The notes under the pieces are model-generated. The model made no database searches. It was not told the origin of the DNA and was given only the letters and a program-made list of their open reading frames with translations. This document shows positions 55,001-63,761 of a stretch of DNA of 64,000 bases, piece by piece (positions within the stretch are counted from its first letter, which is position 1; each line of letters begins with the position of its first letter). The position numbers were made by a program, and so were the translations under genes. The stretch comes from Chitinophagales bacterium (GTDB lineage Bacteria > Bacteroidota > Bacteroidia > Chitinophagales > CAIOSU01): the NCBI GenBank assembly GCA_026003335.1, contig BPHB01000001.1:640591-704590 (forward strand), written 5' to 3'.

Positions 55001-57767
55001 CTGGTGTAGGATGAGTAAACGGACGCATAAAAGCATTGCCATCCGGATAGCGCCCAAATGAAACGTCATTTATTTGCGGACCGAAGGTGAGAGAATCCAG
55101 AAATGCGGTGTCCGAATCCAGTATTTGCACAATACCGATTTGTTCACCGCTTGCGCTGAGTTTAATATTCACATGGAGGGGTCCCTGAAATGTGTCCTTA
55201 TCAGCCCAGAGTATTAAAAAACCTTTGGGAGGAATGGTAGTCTGTGCCGGATGGGTATCGGGTATTCTCCATAGAGTGGGATTAGCCAGATTATCGGTAA
55301 TATACATCCCGCCTATATTCACCGGATTATTGTTGGAATTATAAATCTCTATCCAATCATCAAACTGTCCGAACTCATCGGTCAGGGTATTGGTATTTGA
55401 AGCAAGAAATTCATTTATGTATAAGCCGGTTTGAAACGGAATTTTATTGGGAGCGCCAGGTGTGGGAGAATTAAACTTCCTGATAAACGAAGCGCCATCC
55501 GGATAACGACCTTCCGAAACATCATCATCCTGAGGACCAAAGGTAAGTGAATCCACATACACCGGACCACTGGCGCCCATTGCCGCCAGGCCAATCTGTT
55601 CCCCGCCTTTACTGAGTTTAAAGTTCACATGTAAGGGGCCCTCGGTCATTTCCTGGTCAGCCCATAATAAAATAAATCCATGAGGAGGTATGGTGGTTAC
55701 GTTCGGAAAGCCAGCCGGTATCTGAGCTTTTACAGGATTAGACAGATTATCGGTAATATACAAGCCTGCGATGTCAATAGGATAATCTGCGGTGTTATAA
55801 ATTTCAATCCAGTCATCATTATCTCCGTATGGATCTTTAAGGCCATTGACGTTGCTGGCCAGATATTCATTTATCTTCAGTTGGGAAGCAATTACGCTAA
55901 ATGACGCCTCCTGTAGTGCGCTCCAGATACTACCTTGTTTTACTCTGGCTTTAACTGCAGAAGCTGTATTCAGCGTGATTGCTCCGGTGTAATTAACTGC
56001 TGATGGAGCAACAGCTCCACCATACATGCGGGGATCGGAGCCATCGGTAGTGTAATAAATAGTACCCGTGCCATTAGGGTTAGTCATGTTGAGTTGAAAG
56101 CCAGCCGCCACCGAGCCTCCCCGCTTACTGAAATCAGGCGGATTAAGGGATGGATAATATCCTTCAGCACGCAGTGCCTGAATAAAACGGTTCACATTAC
56201 CATTCATCAGGGAATCAATCCTGTTAACTTCGGGCAACCAATGCCCGTTACGTGTTTTAGGACTGCCGCCCGTGGCATCTCCCCATCGGGCTGACTCCGC
56301 TATAATGGCGGTATTTATATAATTATTTAATATTGCCCATCGGGCACGGGAGGCCGAGTCTGTCATGGCGCCTCCATTAAAGCAGTGTTTGTACACCCGG
56401 TCAGCAAAAGCCATCAGAAAATCCGGATTCACCTTTGCGCTATTCCATATTTTGGCAATCGTGGGGCCTCCGGAACTGGTCTGCCGGAAATACGGGCTCA
56501 CCCAGGCACCATTGTTAGAACTGTGCTGACTGGTCCAGGTCCATTCGCCATCCCAGTGGAGGTAAAACAATGGTTCCTGAGGGTTGTTGCGCATGGCCCC
56601 ATAAAAATTATTGGCCGGCCAGTCATCCATGCCGCACATCCAGGTGGCGATCATGTAATCGGCAAATTTTGGAATATCAAGATATTGTTGCAATTCGCGA
56701 TAATTAGCCGAGTCAGTTAAATCCTTATTAATAAGGGTGTTCACCAGGTAGTTATATCGGGTAGCACTGCCGCTGCGGATTCCATCATGGTTAAGGCTTA
56801 GCCAGTCGGGAGTCGTCCCGCCAAAATACTCGGGTAAAAAGCCTTCATCCGGGCGTTCACATGGATTATACAACCCCCAGTAGATGCCGTTAATGTACAA
56901 ATGGACGAATATTCCATGAGATCCATAACCATTCATGGCAATTTGTGAGGAGCGATACCATTCATCACGCGTATAGGTTGAACTTGCGCCAAGCCAGTTG
57001 CGGCTCCATGCATCATTATTCCCTGCTCGCAATACAATTTTAGTGTCTCCAAAATGCTGCGTGGCACTCCCGCTGAAAAGAGGTGCACTTTTCAGGATTT
57101 TACTGGTGAGGTCGTCATTAGGGGGAAGCAGTTCATACGATCTTTTCAGCCGCAGGTGACTGTGGGCTTCTATTTTGCCATCAAACTGCTCATTTTGCAA
57201 TGGATTGTTTGGGTACAATAATTCAAAGGAGCATGGCCATGAATCCTCCCCGTCATTCATTAGCCAGAAACTATTCTTGTCCATAACAACTGAAAGTGTA
57301 GGAATAGACAGCAGACCCGGTATGATCAAACTGCCGTATTGCGGATCATTTACTACGTCAGGGTCCATCTCATAATCTTGAACTGCGGTAGCCGAACCAT
57401 TACCTAAATCATAGGTATTCAGAGGCCAACCCGGAATGCTTTCGGGTTGATGAATAACATCCTGTAAAAACAAATAGCTGTGTGTGGCAACCGGTGTCAC
57501 AACGCTTCCATTGTACGCAATGGCACGGATAACCGTAGTAGTGGTAATGTTTATCGGACCATTATAAATATTACCCGATGCAGGCGTAGGCGCACTGCCA
57601 TCGGTTGTGTAACGAATGGTGCCTCCAAGAGAAGAAGTGATGGTGAGCTGAAACGGAGCAGAATAAAATCCCCTCTGGACAGAAAACGTCAGCGTCTGAC
57701 CATAGAGGAACACCGGGAAAATGATTAAAACATACAGAACACTGAAAGGACGCGTATTTTCATTCAT
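52095..57767 (-). CDS. giant T9SS-secreted CotH kinase-like protein with 4 lamin-tail (LTD) repeats, 2 beta-sandwich repeats, cysteine-rich repeats and C-terminal sorting domain
   Basis: A start at ATG 57767 gives MNENTRPFSVLYVLIIFPVFLYGQ. Two chitobiase-C/Fn3-like segments (GGTIRYTTDGSAPT, GTIYYTTDGSDP). The CotH-like region spans roughly aa 150-560. Four units of about 152 aa begin (Y/K)INE(Y/F)L...WIEIYN...LWAD. The C-terminus LHAYPNPFEHKLRIEF...GMYFYRL is the T9SS sorting domain. Confidence 0.85.
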   Translation of the reverse strand: MNENTRPFSVLYVLIIFPVFLYGQTLTFSVQRGFYSAPFQLTITSSLGGTIRYTTDGSAPTPASGNIYNGPINITTTTVIRAIAYNGSVVTPVATHSYLFLQDVIHQPESIPGWPLNTYDLGNGSATAVQDYEMDPDVVNDPQYGSLIIPGLLSIPTLSVVMDKNSFWLMNDGEDSWPCSFELLYPNNPLQNEQFDGKIEAHSHLRLKRSYELLPPNDDLTSKILKSAPLFSGSATQHFGDTKIVLRAGNNDAWSRNWLGASSTYTRDEWYRSSQIAMNGYGSHGIFVHLYINGIYWGLYNPCERPDEGFLPEYFGGTTPDWLSLNHDGIRSGSATRYNYLVNTLINKDLTDSANYRELQQYLDIPKFADYMIATWMCGMDDWPANNFYGAMRNNPQEPLFYLHWDGEWTWTSQHSSNNGAWVSPYFRQTSSGGPTIAKIWNSAKVNPDFLMAFADRVYKHCFNGGAMTDSASRARWAILNNYINTAIIAESARWGDATGGSPKTRNGHWLPEVNRIDSLMNGNVNRFIQALRAEGYYPSLNPPDFSKRGGSVAAGFQLNMTNPNGTGTIYYTTDGSDPRMYGGAVAPSAVNYTGAITLNTASAVKARVKQGSIWSALQEASFSVIASQLKINEYLASNVNGLKDPYGDNDDWIEIYNTADYPIDIAGLYITDNLSNPVKAQIPAGFPNVTTIPPHGFILLWADQEMTEGPLHVNFKLSKGGEQIGLAAMGASGPVYVDSLTFGPQDDDVSEGRYPDGASFIRKFNSPTPGAPNKIPFQTGLYINEFLASNTNTLTDEFGQFDDWIEIYNSNNNPVNIGGMYITDNLANPTLWRIPDTHPAQTTIPPKGFLILWADKDTFQGPLHVNIKLSASGEQIGIVQILDSDTAFLDSLTFGPQINDVSFGRYPDGNAFMRPFTHPTPGAANLLNLTSQLYINEFLVDNTSGPVDEYGEQEAFIEIYNNNPFPVNIGGFYVTNSLTNLTLWQIPNTDTARTTIPAQGFIVLWADNQPGEGVLHLGFTLNNTGGAIGLVEVSGIDVNVIDSVHYGPQAPSVSTGRYPDKSSNFKTFTTPTPGAPNVLPLITGLYINEYLADNMSFMTDAFGGYDDWFEIYNANTFPVDIGGLFVTDDLTNPAKWQIPTSNPVLTTIPAGAFLQLWADDQANEGVLHAGFKLSKSGEQLGIFQIQDTVVHVVDSLPFGVQLSDTSEGRLPDGASTIVRFANPTPGASNISLSGNRVMSFTLVDAATGQDIRVLNDTDTINVAVLPHAEINIRANTLPATVGSVRFSLNSNANYKIENTAPYALAGDKNGNYQPWNYNFMQYTLNATPYSGTGATGSAGVSKSIVFTIINQPGNVDCNGDLNGTAFLDDCNVCSGGNTGIVPNSSCTPSCIPLEIVSFTLMHAGTAGEIGPLEDGSIINKAVTGAVNIRANVCANPVGSVKFILNGITVRLENTPPYALHGDSPAGNYNSWDPAEGSYTLTAIPYSGLGGSGTQGISKTITFTVINQNVSSCTTPADCNDSNPCTSDICNAGICQNLPLVCDDHNACSVDACYGNGQCIHTDIVCNDNNPCTIDSCDAIAGCLYIPLGSCCTTDADCDDNNPCTLDLCDQGTCIYTPLDSEPSYLHIINPAKSWRKLKLGYSSSLWSPKQNVTASGNTQMCITLRSTGTVEWNKLQVRPQGSSSGAVVLGNYISGSQPDWTTICIPLGHFNTGVFSSLSFIEIPYSDGANAFELDIQKIQFTGGTYPFLWFGDPHTSNVHDGQSGSNSALIANLIQGYPCASPKREAQEHNRFTDPEVYLHAYPNPFEHKLRIEFSLPITEKVLLEFIAIDGRKVAKLYEGPVEAQRVYQVDFQPEELLPEGMYFYRLSGERMQTHIQKLLLLKDAPGR
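54072..55877 (-). repeat. four tandem coding repeats (about 456 nt / 152 aa each) encoding LTD-like domains
   Basis: Repeat starts fall at ORF-track residues 649, 801, 953 and 1105 (KINEYLASN, YINEFLASN, YINEFLVDN, YINEYLADN). Each carries D(D/E)W(I/F)EIYN, TTIP..GF..LWAD and G(E/G)(Q/A)(I/L)G. Confidence 0.85.
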
Positions 57768-58204
57768 AGTAAAATGGTATTTCAGAAGAAAGGAAGAAAA
57801 AGCACCGAGACTCTGACACAAAGAGAGTAGTTGATCATGACAAGGTATGCTTTATTTTTTTATGTTCATGTAAAATCCGGAAATTTAACTACAGGTGAGC
57901 TGCTTCGGGGTGAGCCATATCCTCAACAGCGTAAAAAACTATTGGGTGTTTTTAATTAATAGCTAAAGAATATTTGTTCAGCCCGATACTTCCTCCCGGA
58001 CATTTTCGGATTCTGAAACTACCACGTTGCCCGGCAGGAATAATATGTTGCTGAAAGTTTGGTTTTCATTATGGACTGCTCTGCAACTAAAGCTAACTTT
58101 GCTTGAATAGGATAGCCACAAAATGGAAGCCGAAAGCTGATACTTCCGTTTTCAGCATGTCAGAACGACCTGAGATTTTAACCGTTTAGCTTCATTTTTG
58201 CTTC

Positions 58205-60322
58205 ATGGACAAGCTACTTATCATGCTGTTTGTATGGACAACCCGGGTGGTCGCAGCACAGCCGTTTGGTCCGCTTCTGTCAGATGGGTACTTACCCGAG
58301 TATGTTTTACATAAGTTAACTGGGCCTGCATACAACAAGGCATTCCATCCGAGTGGCAGAATGGGGAAAGATGCTGACAGCCGTTTTCTCCTTGAGACTA
58401 CTTTCAGCAGCACATTACTTTTTAAAAGCGGACAGGTGCTGGTAAATGACCCTGTGGGAAAATATGTAAACCTTATCGCGAAGGAAGTCTTAAAAGCCAA
58501 CCCGGAGCTTCAGGGGACATTCCGGTTTTATGTAGTGAAATCACCCGTTGCCAATGCTATATCTACCTACGATAGCACGGTATTTGTTCATGTTGGTCTG
58601 ATAGCGCGCCTGGAAAATGAGGCACAGCTCGCATTTATCCTCTGTCATGAGCTGGCACATTGTATTCGCCAGGATGTGCTGGAACGCTACGTGCATAGTA
58701 ATCAGCTTCGCAACGCCAAAGGTGCTTACAAAAATCTCCCGGATGAAGTATGGCAACTGGAACAAAAAAGGTTTTCATTAGCAACCGAAATAGCCGCTGA
58801 TCGCGAAGCCTATCGCTTATTTTCCCGAACCGCTTATCCACCCTCAGAGGCATTGGCGGTTATCCGCATCCTGCAACATACAGAATACCATAGCGCACCC
58901 ATACCCTTTAACTTTACCCTGCTGGAAAGTGACCATTTTCACATTCCCACGGCATATAAAGACACTATGGGATTCTTCTCCTCTTCCAGCGCATCCAGCG
59001 GCAGAACCGGTGCAGCCATGTATGACCTTCAACACCGGATAGACACCCTGCGGCAGCTTATTCAGCAAACCGATAAAAGCAAGAATCAATTTCTTGTTTC
59101 CCAAGAGCAGTTTCAATACATAAAAACTCTGGCCACCTATGAATTGCTACGTCAGGAAATACTTAACAGGAATTACGAATCGGCTATTTACCGGGCTTCC
59201 ATTCTACTAAACCGTTTCCCGGATGACTATTATCTGAAGGAAGCTCTGGGTCGTGCCTTATTGGGACTGGCTTTTTACGCAGGCACCGAAGATTTCAGCA
59301 ATGTGCATCTCTATCCGGACGAATCCCCGGCTTATCTGCGTCAGGTGTCGTATTTGTTTGAACAGCTCAACAAACATCCGGTTGAGGCGGCTGTTGTGGC
59401 ATTGCATTATTTTCTTCGCCTGCGTGATCAATATCCGGAAAAGCATCTGCTGGATTATTACATCAGCAAACTTCTGCATTTATTGTCAGGGCGCTACGAT
59501 GTAAGGCCAGAGATATTCAGCAATAGCGCACCTCCATCTAAAGCGCCCAAAGACGATAGAAAAAAATACGAAACCACGATTCCGCAATATTGTCTCTCTT
59601 TCCTGCAAGCTTATCTGAACCAACCCTGGATAAGGCTATATTTTGAAAAAAGTCATAAAGAAACCTTTGGCATTGCAAAATCATCACAACAAGAAAGTCT
59701 CAGCACCAAAAGAAAAGGACAGTCTCTTTCTATTGACACGCTCATACAGGCCGAACCATTTTATGCCGTCATGGATGAGCGCAAACAGATAACCTATCGC
59801 TATGTGGAATCTGAGAAAGGGCAGGAAAACCTTTCAGACAAAATCGTGAAAATTGCCGATGAACTAAAGCTGCATATAATCTTCATGGATACCCGCCATT
59901 TAAGTGCAGCTGATATAGAACGTTATAACGAATTCTGCTTTCTGCATGAATACATCAGTGAACGCCTGCAGCATCCTGACTATATCCCGTTATCGCTAAT
60001 AGAACGCCAACCCTTACAACAATTAAAAGAAAAATATGGTACTCCTTACGTAAATCTTACTGCCCTGATATACAACAGAAAGACGAGGCGTTTGTTATGG
60101 CCTCTAACTTATACGGTATTATTTCCGGTAGCTCTTCCCCTTACGCTACCTAAGATAATTGCGATGGGTAAAAGCTGCTTTTTCGTTAATCTGTTATACA
60201 ACATAGATAATGATGAACTGGTATTTATGTCCTCCACCACTATCCAATCGGCGGATCGCAGCGACCTGATCAGTGCACACGTTTACTATACGCTCAAACA
60301 AATAAAGGCAGAAAGAAAATAA
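58205..60322 (+). CDS. M48-like zinc metallopeptidase with long uncharacterised C-terminal region and C-terminal TM segment
   Basis: Signal-like N-terminus. HExxH in FILCHELAHCIRQD, plus a downstream EIAADREA. About 450 aa of helical sequence without motifs I recognise follow. A hydrophobic segment LLWPLTYTVLFPVALPLTLPKII lies near the C-terminus. Confidence 0.65.
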   Translation: MDKLLIMLFVWTTRVVAAQPFGPLLSDGYLPEYVLHKLTGPAYNKAFHPSGRMGKDADSRFLLETTFSSTLLFKSGQVLVNDPVGKYVNLIAKEVLKANPELQGTFRFYVVKSPVANAISTYDSTVFVHVGLIARLENEAQLAFILCHELAHCIRQDVLERYVHSNQLRNAKGAYKNLPDEVWQLEQKRFSLATEIAADREAYRLFSRTAYPPSEALAVIRILQHTEYHSAPIPFNFTLLESDHFHIPTAYKDTMGFFSSSSASSGRTGAAMYDLQHRIDTLRQLIQQTDKSKNQFLVSQEQFQYIKTLATYELLRQEILNRNYESAIYRASILLNRFPDDYYLKEALGRALLGLAFYAGTEDFSNVHLYPDESPAYLRQVSYLFEQLNKHPVEAAVVALHYFLRLRDQYPEKHLLDYYISKLLHLLSGRYDVRPEIFSNSAPPSKAPKDDRKKYETTIPQYCLSFLQAYLNQPWIRLYFEKSHKETFGIAKSSQQESLSTKRKGQSLSIDTLIQAEPFYAVMDERKQITYRYVESEKGQENLSDKIVKIADELKLHIIFMDTRHLSAADIERYNEFCFLHEYISERLQHPDYIPLSLIERQPLQQLKEKYGTPYVNLTALIYNRKTRRLLWPLTYTVLFPVALPLTLPKIIAMGKSCFFVNLLYNIDNDELVFMSSTTIQSADRSDLISAHVYYTLKQIKAERK

Positions 60323-60332
60323 ATTCGCTTCC

Positions 60333-61010
60333 GTGAATCGGTTAATGTATTGCAGAATATCCGGCATCCTATTTATAGCTGCCATGCTGATGAGCATTGT
60401 CACACTTGCTCAGGCACCCGGCTATATGGGTAAAAGATTTTCGGCCCATTATGAAAATCAGCTTTGGTATTCCTTTACATCCAGGCATATGGACCTGTTT
60501 CACATTGCATCTGCTGAATATGTTATTACTCTGAGCCATGTGCTTGCCCTGCGCTATACGTATTCCGGCTTGCAGACGCAATTTGACAAAATCAATACCC
60601 CTGACGGTGCTTCGGTGATTTATGATGTGCGCGGACTGGTACGCACCCATGCTCTTTCAGTGTGGGGTAAGTTTTTCAGTTACCGCAAAGGGTTCATTGC
60701 ACCGGTAGGCCGATATACCAGTTGCGGAGCCGGATTTCTTTATCATAAAAGTTACGCAAGCGAAACGCGTTCCGGCTTACATAGCGGTGACGAGTTGCAT
60801 CATTATGCTGATGTAATAGTTTATTTTGGTCAGGGCAGACAATTTGTTTTTGCTGAACGCCTGATTTTGAATGTCGGGGTGCAGGTGGGACTTCCGGCAG
60901 TGACCGCATTCCGCATACGGTCGGGCTTGCTAAACGGAGATCTCTATTCCCGTGTGTTTTTTGCCAGCCTCTTCAGAGCACAGGTGGGCATGGGCTTTCT
61001 GGCTTTTTAA
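60333..61010 (+). CDS. hypothetical outer-membrane beta-barrel-like protein
   Basis: Signal peptide ISGILFIAAMLMSIVTLAQA. The sequence has the alternating amphipathic pattern rich in Y/G/S/R and a terminal aromatic (GMGFLAF) typical of OMP barrels. GTG start, 10 nt after the upstream gene. Confidence 0.5.
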   Translation: MNRLMYCRISGILFIAAMLMSIVTLAQAPGYMGKRFSAHYENQLWYSFTSRHMDLFHIASAEYVITLSHVLALRYTYSGLQTQFDKINTPDGASVIYDVRGLVRTHALSVWGKFFSYRKGFIAPVGRYTSCGAGFLYHKSYASETRSGLHSGDELHHYADVIVYFGQGRQFVFAERLILNVGVQVGLPAVTAFRIRSGLLNGDLYSRVFFASLFRAQVGMGFLAF

Positions 61011-61071
61011 ACATCCGGTCTGGCATTTTTTTTTTGCTTTTGTGCTAATTTGACCGGTCAATCTGAAACTT

Positions 61072-61944
61072 ATGCACATGAAAGTCGGTATGGCCCAACT
61101 GCTGGTAGAAGGCACGGAGCCGGAACGCAATTTCCAAAGAGCACATAAACTGATTAAAGAAGCCTCAGAAAAACAATGCCAGCTTGTGCTGCTGCCCGAA
61201 ACCATTGATTTTGCATGGACACACCCTAATGCACTCAGGGAAAGTCAGCCCATACCTGGCCCTTACAGCGACTTATTCTGCGAATACGCAAAACATTATG
61301 GGCTTTATATCTGCGTAGGCCTTACCGAAAAAGTGGAAGGAAAATTAAATTACAATACGGCTATCCTCATAAATGAAAAAGGCAACATCATTCTGAAACA
61401 CCGCAAAATCAATCTGCTGGAGGTGGAATTTCCTTACTATGAGGTAGGCAATAAACTGGAAGTGGTAGATACTCCTTTTGGTAAAATAGGTGTCAATATC
61501 TGTGCAGACAACTACATTGAAGCCACTGCGCTTGGGCATGCCCTGGCCCGGATGGGCGCCCAGATACTTTTATCCCCCTCTTCCTGGACCGTAGATTATA
61601 ATATCACGGAGGAAGATGAACCCTATCACGATAAATGGGTAAAACCGCTCGGCCTGCTTGCAAGCCTCTATAACATGGTTGTAATAAGCACCACAAGCGT
61701 GGGCTACATCGTAGGTGGTCCCTATGAAGGGAAAAAAATGGTAGGCTGTTCCTTAGCCATGGACAAAAACGGCATTCTTAAAAAAGGGCTTTTCAACGAA
61801 TTTGCCGGTGTGCTGGAAGAGGTGGAGTTTGACGTACCCCTGCGCAGGGAAAAAGGTACGCTGATAGGTGAAATGCTCAGAAGAAAAGGGTACCACTTCG
61901 ATGATGACCAGCTTTACACATTGCGTAATTACCGTTGCTCTTAA
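61072..61944 (+). CDS. carbon-nitrogen hydrolase family protein (nitrilase/amidase superfamily)
   Basis: The Glu-Lys-Cys triad is in the expected context: LVLLPE, HRKINL and GVNICADNY. Confidence 0.8.
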   Translation: MHMKVGMAQLLVEGTEPERNFQRAHKLIKEASEKQCQLVLLPETIDFAWTHPNALRESQPIPGPYSDLFCEYAKHYGLYICVGLTEKVEGKLNYNTAILINEKGNIILKHRKINLLEVEFPYYEVGNKLEVVDTPFGKIGVNICADNYIEATALGHALARMGAQILLSPSSWTVDYNITEEDEPYHDKWVKPLGLLASLYNMVVISTTSVGYIVGGPYEGKKMVGCSLAMDKNGILKKGLFNEFAGVLEEVEFDVPLRREKGTLIGEMLRRKGYHFDDDQLYTLRNYRCS

Positions 61945-61999
61945 ATCAAACATTGCGTTATCTCACTCGCTCCAGAAAAAATTAATCACCCTCCAAACC

Positions 62000-63060
62000 A
62001 GGAAAAAATAGGTATCCCCAACTACTATCTTAAGGAGAATTCTCTATTCCCTTTCCAGATTACCTAGCATAGTTTTGAAAAAATTCAGCCCCCATAAAAA
62101 TTTACGCTCAGATTACACGAGGTATTGCTACAATTGGCCGCCATAGGCGCTTACCATAAACTGGACTACTATCGCTATGCCCTATACTATTCCAAAGAAA
62201 GAGGAAGTGCAGCGCAGGCACTGGCGGAATACCAGAAGGATGTAGGACATAAAGACAGTTCGGTAAACATCGAAAAACGGCAACTACTGAAGTTCAACAC
62301 ACGTTACGAAAAAGAAAAAAGAACCTCAAATCAAACAGCAACAAATACAGCCTGAGAACGAACAAAAACCCGGGCACCCTATAGAACTCTTTTTACACTG
62401 GCCTTGATATTAATAACAATGAGTTTACCCTACTCTTTCAGCGACAGAAACGACATGCGGAACTAAGACCGCAGGAGCAGCACGATAAATCAGTCCGCAA
62501 AATTTTCCGCGTAGAACAAATTAAACGCATCCGTATTGCCCGCTATCTCAACTACAGCATCGGACGAAAGCTAGACGTAATGCGGATGCTGCCCCCGATT
62601 CAGACAATTAAGAAATGGAAAAGGTGAGCACCCATCTGAATGAAATCACCGAAAAGGTGCGGAATATTTAGCCCAACCTCATCCCTGAATTCTAAACTTC
62701 GGTTCGGCAAAAGCCATTGAAAATATTGCCTACCGTATCAACAGCACTCAAAATCTTAAGGTAACATACACCGGGGAAGAGTGTCCGCATAAAATTTACT
62801 TGCCCAATAAACGGAGCTTCCCCCGCTCAGGATAATACAGGATATTCTGTCAAACATTATCCGTCATGCTCCCAACAGGTCCGTCACCATACACGATGGC
62901 GCAGATGATAAAGAAGCCATACTCGCAGAAGCATACGGATTTACCCAGAAAGAAGCTGGCAAGGAAATACTGCTGAAGGAGCTGCACCGGGTTGTGCATC
63001 ATGACACCAATTATTCGGATGCCGTTATTTACAATCAGATCGAAAAAAGAAAAAAACCGT
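62000..63060 (+). pseudogene. decayed sensor histidine kinase (TPR + HisKA_3 + HATPase_c type) remnant
   Basis: About 1.3 kb has no long ORF, yet fragments in shifting frames follow the order of Bacteroidota TPR/HisKA_3 kinases.
- TPR-like: LAAIGAYHKLDYYRYALYYSKE.
- LLKFNTRYEKEKR, compare ..YE(T/K)EKK.
- TM-like: LFTLALILITM.
- VEQIKRIRIARYLNYSIGRKL, compare ERxRIARDLHDSIGQxL with the phospho-His replaced by N.
- IIQDILSNIIRHA, the N-box.
- A degenerate G-box region.
Several in-frame stops occur, for example at 62353, 62464 and 62626. Confidence 0.55.
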
Positions 63061-63215
63061 GAACAATCTCGCGCACACCACCGGAAAAAACGGGCTGCAA
63101 GAGCACTACTGGTCTGGTAAAGTTTGCACTAAACAATGGCCTCTAATGATGCCGGGGAGTTGGATAACATTTGAATGGAGCTTTAAATTTACATAATCCA
63201 TAAAATCATCATTTT

Positions 63216-63761
63216 ATGCAAACCACCTTCACTGTTTCCCTAGAAGACTTTAAAAAAATGATCACACAAGCGAACAGAATCATAAAAAAAATTGACGATA
63301 CCATTACGAAAATTTCCGTCCAGCCAGAATCCATTGAATTTGAGTTTGTAGGTATTCAGCGCACTCTGCCTGCTATGACAGAAACCTATTGCGATGTGCT
63401 CGTTCCATTTAAAGTGCTTCTGGGCATTGCTAAAACAGCAACTACACCTAGGCTTACCCTGACGTTTAAAGATGGCCAAATGAATACCGATAAAATAAAC
63501 GTGTCACACAAGGCAATCAAAGTGCAATCTCTGTTTAGCAACAAGGAAATTCCCCTGCCTGTAAATCCCTCTCTTGCAGATATTCTCAAACTGCGTAAGC
63601 TATACGATAAAGAAAAACTTATTGAACTCAATTTAATGCCAAGGATAGAATCAGCAGAGCAAGAACTAAAAGACCGGCTGAATAAAGCTGCTGCCTTGTT
63701 AAAGGATTTTGGAGTTAAATTTTCAGATCTGGAATCATTGGTCAATAGTAAAATCAATTGA
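63216..63761 (+). CDS. hypothetical protein (orphan, lower-GC gene)
   Basis: Clean 181-aa ORF with an ATG start after an AT-rich leader. It has no signal peptide, no TM segment and no motif I recognise. The C-terminal third looks coiled-coil-like (EKLIELNLMPRIESAEQELKDRLNKAAALLKD). Confidence 0.55.
   Translation: MQTTFTVSLEDFKKMITQANRIIKKIDDTITKISVQPESIEFEFVGIQRTLPAMTETYCDVLVPFKVLLGIAKTATTPRLTLTFKDGQMNTDKINVSHKAIKVQSLFSNKEIPLPVNPSLADILKLRKLYDKEKLIELNLMPRIESAEQELKDRLNKAAALLKDFGVKFSDLESLVNSKIN

Noticed and set aside
54072-55877. Regularly spaced DNA repeats that could superficially suggest a CRISPR-like or satellite array. The same applies to the SprB repeats at 14300-15470.
   Set aside because: The repeats are 456-nt, or about 230-nt, in-frame coding units with diverged sequence. 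There are no short identical direct repeats with unique spacers, and no cas genes.
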